DNA of 63,277 nucleotides, filler included, from Bdellovibrionota bacterium (lineage in GTDB: Bacteria > Bdellovibrionota > Bdellovibrionia > Bdellovibrionales > JAEYZS01): assembly GCA_963169515.1 (NCBI GenBank). It is 6 parts of 6 records of this genome, joined end to end, with 100 filler letters (N's around TTAATTAATTAA, not from the genome) between each part and the next. Parts side by side here need not be neighbours in the genome. Positions count along the whole stretch, not along the records: positions 1 to 18,350 come from CAUJEF010000113.1; 5 more parts are not named here. One strand, given 5' to 3'. The notes under the pieces were generated by a model. The model saw nothing but the letters and a program-made list of their open reading frames with translations, searched no databases and was not told where the DNA came from. Position 1 is the stretch's first letter. Every line of letters starts with the position of its first letter. This document shows, in pieces, positions 7,697 through 14,787 of the stretch. Made by a program: the position numbers and the translations under genes.

Positions 7697-10252
7697 CTAC
7701 GGCGCCCGTGTTGCAAGCTCAGGAAAACTCAGCTCACATTGATTTTTAGTTTGGCCGTCTTCATCTATATAAAGCGGAATTTTTTTATCTTTATACAGAC
7801 GATCGCGCAATCTATCCTCACAAATTGATTTACGCAGATTGCGAAGTTCTCGCCATAATTGAAAATCCATGCCCAGCTCTTTGCTAAGGGCCAGAACCAT
7901 GTTAACCATCATGGCGTTCTCTTGGTTGGCAATGCTATTTGCAAAAGATGCCGAAACCATATCCTTTTCAAGCGGAATACCGTAACCAGGGGCGACATTC
8001 AGATTCGAATAGGGCTGCAGTGCGTGCTCCAACGCAGAGTAGGTATCAATGATCGACTTGATCTCCTGCTTGCGTTTATCATCGACATCCAATGATAAAT
8101 CCCCCTTACACTTCATTTCTTTACCGTTGTTAGGATAAGCGATTTCATACGCCAACTGCACAGAAATATCGCCAAGCTTGCGCGTCCTCATCGTTTCCAT
8201 GTGATACAGAGCCACGAAAAAACTTACGTTGATTGATCTCATCGTTTCCCAATATTTTTCATCCCCTGTTTGTGAGTACAGATTTTTTGCCTTGCCATAC
8301 AAAGAAGTATAACGAGTTGCAATTGCGCTTATCTTCTCATCAACGTGCGCACGCTTAGCTTGGGCGGTTGTATACTGCGCACTAGCTTTACAGATGTCCT
8401 TGGGATTATCCGAAACTGAACCTAGCTTCAGCCATTGTTTAGATTCTTTAGAAATCACATTAATATTGTCGTAGCCCTTAGTCGCCTCAAGTCGTAGAAT
8501 TTCGCTCAAAGAATCGTAAAATGTATAACGCTTTGATTCGTCTACCCATTGGCTGGTTTCGTAACGTCGCCGTTCATTTTGATAAGCCTTCTGGCTTTGA
8601 CCAAAAATACCTCTCAAAGTACGGCGGATCATTCCCGGCTCAGCCACTTCTTTGGACACGTTTGGGTCTAACAAATTTAGCTTTGCAAATACGCCTTGAT
8701 CAACTTGTTTCGGGGTAAGAACATTGGAATATCTTAACTGCGGCAAATCAGATGCAATTGAAAATAAGCGCATCGATTCGTCTGCGCAGTTATTTGAAAT
8801 GAATTTATAGTTCCCAATATAGGTCCAATACTGCTCCAGAGCAGCGTATAGGAATCGAGTTTTTTCCTTCTCATCCATTGGAGTGAAGGTGTTTCCATCG
8901 TAACGACCGATCGGTATATTAAAAATGTTTCGCAACTCGCCATCGCCATATTCGTTTTGAACGTCATAAACCGATGACGTCAGCAATTGCGATGGGTAAC
9001 CACCGAAAAATCCCTTAGCGCTATCCAAACGGAGTTCGAGTGGGTTTGCCCGATGGTTGATGACGAGATCACAACTGCCGCCATAAGCTTCTTCATCAGG
9101 ACAGCTTTCAACAAGTTTTTGTCCCTTCTTTCCAACAACTCTGTACATCGAATGACCAAAGAAAGAGGCTGCACCGCTGCCGCTACCCGCTCTGTAAAAA
9201 TAAATTGATTCGACGTTCTTTGGATCCAAATCGTAGTTTTGATATGATACGACCGAACCACCGTCGTCTTTCATAAACTTTTCGGCAACGCGCATTTCAG
9301 TGTTTATTTTGCAGAGCCCAGATTCGATCGCATGGTACGGATTAAACGACTCGCCTTTTTCTCCGAGTTGCTGAGACAAATATTCGTACTCAACTGGTTT
9401 GCGGCAGGCATACTCTGGATCAAGTATATAGTGTTCAAAATTATAAGCAAAATGTGTTCGTACGTCATAAGCGAACGCATAAGGATTCACAGCCCGCGGC
9501 CAGAACGCCTGTTTAGAAATTGTGTATTTCCCTACTTTCCCGCTCCAGCCTTGAGTTATATTGCGATAGCGAACGCGTTCTGAGATAAGCGTACTGGACT
9601 CGGCGCGATCCACGCACTCCAAAGCATCGTCTGGCCATTCCATGCGGTTTTTCGATTTAACTTCCGATATAATTGATGAACAACGATCCTTTTCCGCTTT
9701 ATTTTTGTGTACTGTGAGATCGTAGATTCGGCCAACTCCGTGAACAATTGCTGCTTGGGCCAAGCTGTACAGATTTTTAAATTCGCAACCATATTCGGTG
9801 GCTGAATTGGGGCCTTTTAGGATGATCGGCAAAAAGCCCTTGTGTATTAATATTTTATAATAACGATTTTCAGGAACGACTGCCGTATGAATCATACCGT
9901 CATAACGGACAAAGGTTCCATACGTTTTTATATTGTCTGCAAATTCTTTGCGAACAGCGGCCGCGCTCGACATATCGAGGGTTACTTTACATTTAGGCGA
10001 GATGATTTCGTTTGGTTGTCCAGTTAAAGCAGTGAATTCAAGTTTAACAGGACGAAACACAGACGCATCGTTATGTGTAATTCTATTTTTAATCAATGGC
10101 GGGAGTTTACTTTCAATGTCATTTAAAAAATTATCGAGCTTTGCTTTCTCGTAAGTGCCCATGGACTCGGTCGAGACTTCAAAGATCGATTTTGCTGAAA
10201 CTGTGCCAGAAAAAAAAAGGATACCAAGAGTTATTCTAAAAAAGGTAATCAT
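7697..10252 (-). CDS. Secreted DUF4105 (Lnb-N / permuted papain-like His-Cys) domain protein with degenerate N-terminal zincin-like domain
   Basis: Signal peptide, ASFFGHS (His367) and YKFISNNCA (Cys489). The N-terminal half has NFEHYILDPEYACRKP, and IVHGVGRIYD where HExxH is expected. Confidence 0.75.
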   Translation of the reverse strand: MITFFRITLGILFFSGTVSAKSIFEVSTESMGTYEKAKLDNFLNDIESKLPPLIKNRITHNDASVFRPVKLEFTALTGQPNEIISPKCKVTLDMSSAAAVRKEFADNIKTYGTFVRYDGMIHTAVVPENRYYKILIHKGFLPIILKGPNSATEYGCEFKNLYSLAQAAIVHGVGRIYDLTVHKNKAEKDRCSSIISEVKSKNRMEWPDDALECVDRAESSTLISERVRYRNITQGWSGKVGKYTISKQAFWPRAVNPYAFAYDVRTHFAYNFEHYILDPEYACRKPVEYEYLSQQLGEKGESFNPYHAIESGLCKINTEMRVAEKFMKDDGGSVVSYQNYDLDPKNVESIYFYRAGSGSGAASFFGHSMYRVVGKKGQKLVESCPDEEAYGGSCDLVINHRANPLELRLDSAKGFFGGYPSQLLTSSVYDVQNEYGDGELRNIFNIPIGRYDGNTFTPMDEKEKTRFLYAALEQYWTYIGNYKFISNNCADESMRLFSIASDLPQLRYSNVLTPKQVDQGVFAKLNLLDPNVSKEVAEPGMIRRTLRGIFGQSQKAYQNERRRYETSQWVDESKRYTFYDSLSEILRLEATKGYDNINVISKESKQWLKLGSVSDNPKDICKASAQYTTAQAKRAHVDEKISAIATRYTSLYGKAKNLYSQTGDEKYWETMRSINVSFFVALYHMETMRTRKLGDISVQLAYEIAYPNNGKEMKCKGDLSLDVDDKRKQEIKSIIDTYSALEHALQPYSNLNVAPGYGIPLEKDMVSASFANSIANQENAMMVNMVLALSKELGMDFQLWRELRNLRKSICEDRLRDRLYKDKKIPLYIDEDGQTKNQCELSFPELATRAP

Positions 10253-10277
10253 ATGTTCCGCCTCTTAAACATATATT

Positions 10278-10308
10278 AAAAGACCCAGCCAAAAATCAGG
10301 CTGGGCCC
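10278..10308 (-). terminator. Rho-independent terminator between the repeat-protein gene and the DUF4105 gene
   Basis: Minus strand reads GGGCCCAGCC-TGATTTTT-GGCTGGGTCT-TTT, about 17 nt after the stop at 10325. Confidence 0.7.
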
Positions 10309-10324
10309 TGTCGACACGTGTGAA

Positions 10325-11137
10325 TCAATTTCCTGAATACGCGTCTTTTTGTGCTTTACGCTGAGAAGCTCGTCTATTGGATCGTGACTTGTCCGATTTA
10401 GACACGTTTGTGATCGAATTAATCGCAGCTTCCGAAGGATCAGTTGTCATACCAACGCTTAAATCAGCCGAAGCGCCTGAAACTTCGCTAATGAATTCGC
10501 CGGTTGGAACCAAAACATATTCTCCAGTTGCATTGCCTGTTGGGACCAAAACATGATTCCAAGTCGCAATTGCAGAGTTTCTAGACATATTGCCCGCAGC
10601 TGATAAGAAGTCGCCTGCTGGAATCAAAACGTAGTTTTTTGAAGCGTTGCCAGTTGCGCTAGCAGCATCTTCAAGGCTTTGGCCAATTGGAACAAGAATT
10701 TCGTTCCATGAAGCCATAGCCACATGACCTGTTGGAGCTAAAACATTATTGTATGCAAATCTAGCTGCAGCACTAGCTCCGGCATCGATACCTTTGGCCG
10801 CGCCACTGATACCGTCACCGATCGGCTCTAATACATGATCATACGTTGCTTGGCCCGCACTGCTTACTGGAACTAAAACATAGCGGTTGGTAGCTTGGCC
10901 TGAAGCACTGGCAACATCACCAACAGGTTCCAGTACGTATTGAACAGAAAAGTTTCCGACGTTTGTAGCAACATTTCCTGTTAGATCAAGACCGCTTCCT
11001 GTCAATCTTGAGGAAGCTGATCCAAGGTCCATTAAAGCCTGACCCACGGCGCGACTGAAATCAGCACTTGAACTGGCCGCATGCGCAAAAGCCGCAGCAC
11101 ATACAGTTATAAGTGCAATAATTAATGACTTTTTCAT
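10325..11137 (-). CDS. Secreted Ala/Gly/Ser-rich protein with eight xVLxPxG repeats, function unknown
   Basis: SD AGGAGG before ATG 11137, signal peptide MKKSLIIALITVCAAAFAHA, repeats visible in the translation, basic C-terminal tail. Confidence 0.8.
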   Translation of the reverse strand: MKKSLIIALITVCAAAFAHAASSSADFSRAVGQALMDLGSASSRLTGSGLDLTGNVATNVGNFSVQYVLEPVGDVASASGQATNRYVLVPVSSAGQATYDHVLEPIGDGISGAAKGIDAGASAAARFAYNNVLAPTGHVAMASWNEILVPIGQSLEDAASATGNASKNYVLIPAGDFLSAAGNMSRNSAIATWNHVLVPTGNATGEYVLVPTGEFISEVSGASADLSVGMTTDPSEAAINSITNVSKSDKSRSNRRASQRKAQKDAYSGN

Positions 11138-11275
11138 CTTTTCCACCCTCCTTTTAAGGATTAATTGAGACAAATTTGACTTGCCCTCAATTGAATTTAA
11201 TACACTGCGGCAATGGTACGGTTGGATTCAAAAAAACGGCAGCTATTTTTTTATTTTGGAAAAAAGGTAAGACTT

Positions 11276-12112
11276 TTAAAGCTGGAAGGCGCTTATATCA
11301 CTCCACAGTGACTGTTCCTGGAATATATCGTTGTGTTCCTTGTTTGGGATCTCTTTTAAAGTGGCCGTATTATTTGGAAATAGGGCACTCAATGTTCGGC
11401 CAAACTTAATCGGAATAATTTTATCCTTTAAACCATGGTGTATTAAAATAGGTACCCTAATCGAAGGCGCAACAGCCGCAGAATTGTAGTTGTTTTTTGC
11501 GATCCATTCCTTCGGCAGGTCCTTCGCCATACTTGTTTTAAAAACGGCGACCTCGTAAAAATTGGTCCAGGGGCTGGTCAAAATCAAGCCCGAAATCATG
11601 TGTTGCATACGCCCCGCCGCCAATGTTGCAACTCCGGCGCCCATAGAACGCCCCCAAACGATGATCTTAGTCGTTGGGAAATTGCGAGCCGCCCACTCAA
11701 TAGCCATCGAGGCCCCCGTTACGAAATTGTATTCGTTTGTAGTACCCACGCTGCGTCCGTATGAAGGATAATCAATAACCACAAAATTCGCATTTAATCG
11801 CACTTCCATTGCTTTCAGAAAATTGCCATCGCTTAAACTTTTCAGGTTCTCACCATTTCCGTGAAAATAGACCAGTGTACGACGTACATTGTTCGGATGT
11901 TGATAGTACCAAGCATGAACACTTACAGGAGAACCGTCCTCACCGCTGAATTGAAATGTAGTTTGTCCGTAATGCTCTGGGGGCACGTCGGGAACTTGGT
12001 ACTTCTTGTTAACCTTCGCAAATGGGTAAAGGCTCGACTCGGCTAATTTTACAAGGTTGCAACCTGTTAGAGCGAACAAAAAGAAGAGAAACAGCAAGAG
12101 TGTTTTTTTCAT
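11276..12112 (-). CDS. Alpha/beta hydrolase lipoprotein (ABHD13/17-like family)
   Basis: Lipobox LTG-C, YFHGNGE, DYPSYGRS, nucleophile GRSMG, HGLKDKII and EHND. Confidence 0.88.
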   Translation of the reverse strand: MKKTLLLFLFFLFALTGCNLVKLAESSLYPFAKVNKKYQVPDVPPEHYGQTTFQFSGEDGSPVSVHAWYYQHPNNVRRTLVYFHGNGENLKSLSDGNFLKAMEVRLNANFVVIDYPSYGRSVGTTNEYNFVTGASMAIEWAARNFPTTKIIVWGRSMGAGVATLAAGRMQHMISGLILTSPWTNFYEVAVFKTSMAKDLPKEWIAKNNYNSAAVAPSIRVPILIHHGLKDKIIPIKFGRTLSALFPNNTATLKEIPNKEHNDIFQEQSLWSDISAFQL

Positions 12113-12235
12113 AAAAGCCCCCCGCATAATATTTCGTCAAAAAGAGGGAACTTCTATGCTAACAAAAAGGCTAGAATCAAGCTGGCACTAAGATGGGGCA
12201 CACGCCGATCTGGTTATAAAGCAGCCGTGCCCGGC

Positions 12236-12676
12236 CTATAACGTCCGCATTCCGATTTCGCAGGCCGTACCCGGATAACGAAAGGGAGCCATTGGGTCTT
12301 TTGTTTTTTCCAAAATCATCTGATAACGACAGTTCAGCTCAAACAGTTTTGGGTTTGGATCGCACTCACCGGCCCACGGAAATTTTAAGGAAATTTTTTC
12401 TGGAACTGCGTCATTCGCATTTTCTATCGCTAAACCTACAGAGTGGGTGGTAGCAAATCCCCATTCAGGGTCTACTTCAGGAATGTCTGTCACCCGCGCT
12501 TCAACCACGACGTATTGATCGCTATTTTTTTGTGCCAGCAATGCTGCTGTCACGGTTTTAAAATCGTATACTTTGCTGCAATGGCACGCTGCCCGTGCGC
12601 TGTGTGCAGAAAACACTGCCACAACGCCCATCAGTAAAACACCCATCTCTCTAACCCTACCCCTTTTGGGCGCCAA
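12236..12676 (-). CDS. Secreted Cys-rich protein with TIMP/NTR-like pattern
   Basis: Signal peptide ending ARA(A), then C-H-C, VVVEARV, GEC...F.LN..Y.MIL and a C-terminal Cys. The start is either TTG 12676 (2 nt after the upstream stop) or ATG 12646. Confidence 0.55.
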   Translation of the reverse strand: MAPKRGRVREMGVLLMGVVAVFSAHSARAACHCSKVYDFKTVTAALLAQKNSDQYVVVEARVTDIPEVDPEWGFATTHSVGLAIENANDAVPEKISLKFPWAGECDPNPKLFELNCRYQMILEKTKDPMAPFRYPGTACEIGMRTL

Positions 12677-12678
12677 AA

Positions 12679-13389
12679 CTACTCTGCGCTGGCGATTTTC
12701 AACTCTGCCAACGAACCCCAAAACCAACCCAACATCGGATCTAAATCTATTGAATTCGACACTTGCACCGCTACGCGGTCAATGTGTGCCGAACCTGGAT
12801 CCAACATAAGGTCATCGGGACTAATATTTACAAATTCTTTTACGCCGTATTTTTTAACTAATTTTTCTACTATTTTGTCAGCGCTTTGTGATTCGAAAAC
12901 TAGTTTTTTGCTGCCGTAACCATTCAAATGGTAAACTCCGTATTTCTCAAAGTTGGATTGACTGAAAAGAAACGGGTCGAAATTCAAAATATCTGATGAT
13001 GAAATCTGCGTTGGGAACTGGATTTGATTTTGTTTTCTGAACAGCCGACTATCAAGCACAAGGTTTTCAAATGTTGAGCGTCCCAAACATACAGAAACCG
13101 GGGCCTCGCCGTAGCTCGGGCATGAGAAAAAATCCGGCTGCCCATGCGAACGAACGTATCGTGAAAACAATCCCAGCTGAACCGCCGACACCAAAAGATT
13201 GCGGACATCGCGTTCAAGTGAATCTGGCGAAATCATCAAACTGATCAGCTCAATCTTTTCGATATTCATTTCTTCAAGAGTTTTTTGAGCTTTATTGATA
13301 TAAAAAATGACTTCGGGAATTCTTAACAACGATCGACGAACTTCCGGCCTATCTAACGCGTTCAGTTTACCGAATAAAACAGCTTTCAC
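12679..13389 (-). CDS. Divergent FabD/acyltransferase-like protein, truncated fold
   Basis: Aligns by eye to the FabD at 47463-48410 at both termini. SCPSYGE replaces AGHSLGE. GTG start with GGGGG upstream. Confidence 0.55.
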   Translation of the reverse strand: MKAVLFGKLNALDRPEVRRSLLRIPEVIFYINKAQKTLEEMNIEKIELISLMISPDSLERDVRNLLVSAVQLGLFSRYVRSHGQPDFFSCPSYGEAPVSVCLGRSTFENLVLDSRLFRKQNQIQFPTQISSSDILNFDPFLFSQSNFEKYGVYHLNGYGSKKLVFESQSADKIVEKLVKKYGVKEFVNISPDDLMLDPGSAHIDRVAVQVSNSIDLDPMLGWFWGSLAELKIASAE

Positions 13390-13715
13390 ATCCGCCCCCG
13401 GATTTAAATTTTTTTACCCCGTCTTGCGTCGTTGGTAATGCCCCATAACCTGTTATTTTTGTAACTAAAATTCCCTGTTTGAAAAGTTTTTAGAATGTGG
13501 CAAAATGACCACGGTGACTGTTGAACCGACCACCGCAGCCCAACCATGGTCGCGACTATAGTCGCGCTCGCAATGCCCACGCAAAACCCGATGCCTGTTC
13601 TGGAACTTGACCAAGGTCATGCCTCACTGAAAAAAGAACTGTGATTTCACCCATTTATCAATAAAAAGAGTGACCTTCACAATTGCATATTTGATAATTT
13701 TATTCAGAGAACACA

Positions 13716-14747
13716 ATGAAAAAAATATTTTCATCTTTGATTGAAAAACTAAAAGCTCTTCTTTTGAAAAAAAGCGACTTTGAACCGCAGGCCCGGGTTT
13801 CGGAGGTGTTCCAGTCCAGCGGCGCCGCTTCTGCCCATGCTCCAATCCGAAGTAAGAAGCTGCAAAAACCTGCCGCTGAAAAGTACTACCCCCACGCACT
13901 TGCTGTGGTTGCAGGTTTTCTGCTTGCAAACCTGTTAATTCTTTTCATCCGCCCGATGATGTTACCGACCCAAGCTCCGCCTTCGGTTGCGCAGCGACCG
14001 AAAACACCGCCTATGAAGTTACTTACGGATTATAATCTGATTGCTGATCGAAATATCTTTAATTCTGACGGTGTGATCCCTCCACCGCTCCTTAGGCAGG
14101 AAGGTGCACCTGAAAATCTCGATAACACAATTGCATCTCCATCGTCCCTGCCCCTAAGTTTGATCGGAACCATCGTGCATGTGAATCCGGCAAAATCCGT
14201 TGCTGCAATCCAAAGCAAAAGTGGCAACACAGTCATCCCCTACTTACCAAACGATGAGATCGAAGGCATTGCAACCCTTATAAAAGTAGAACGGGGAAAA
14301 GCTATCTTTAGAAACAATCGTTCTGGAAAGTTGGAATACATCGAAATTCCAAATGATGCAAAAATAACATTTAGTGTGAATAAACCCACAACAAGCGCAT
14401 CTGGCGTACAAAAGAAAAGCGCTACGGAATTTACGCTGCGTCGAGATGATTTGAACCGTCATCTAAAAAATTTACCTGAATTGCTGCAACAGGCACGAGC
14501 CGTTCCAAATCAAATTCCTGGCACAAATGAAATCGATGGCTTTAAGTTGCTTGAAATCCAGCCGGGTACGATCTTTACGGATCTCGGTTTAGCCGTAAAT
14601 GATGTAATCAAAGAAGTGAATGGGTCCAAAGTGACAAGCCCCGCTCGTGCAATGGAGCTATATAACCAACTTAGAAATGAAGGACGTTTTGAAATCGTTG
14701 TAAATCGGGACGGACAAGACGTCACCATGACATATACGGTGGAGTAA
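13716..14747 (+). CDS. gspC: Type II secretion protein GspC
   Basis: TM segment, RNIF, LSLIGTIV HR domain and C-terminal PDZ (LGLAVNDVIKEVNG...IVVNRDGQ). Upstream of gspD and gspE. Confidence 0.9.
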   Translation: MKKIFSSLIEKLKALLLKKSDFEPQARVSEVFQSSGAASAHAPIRSKKLQKPAAEKYYPHALAVVAGFLLANLLILFIRPMMLPTQAPPSVAQRPKTPPMKLLTDYNLIADRNIFNSDGVIPPPLLRQEGAPENLDNTIASPSSLPLSLIGTIVHVNPAKSVAAIQSKSGNTVIPYLPNDEIEGIATLIKVERGKAIFRNNRSGKLEYIEIPNDAKITFSVNKPTTSASGVQKKSATEFTLRRDDLNRHLKNLPELLQQARAVPNQIPGTNEIDGFKLLEIQPGTIFTDLGLAVNDVIKEVNGSKVTSPARAMELYNQLRNEGRFEIVVNRDGQDVTMTYTVE

Positions 14748-14787
14748 TTTGATAGGCCGAATCGTTTTGCGATTCGAGGAAGGTATC

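Noticed and set aside
13465..13620. 51-codon minus-strand ORF MTLVKFQNRHRVLRGHCERD...
   Set aside because: SD spacing is too short and no motif is recognisable. The region is better explained by its palindromic sites, though the ORF is not excluded.
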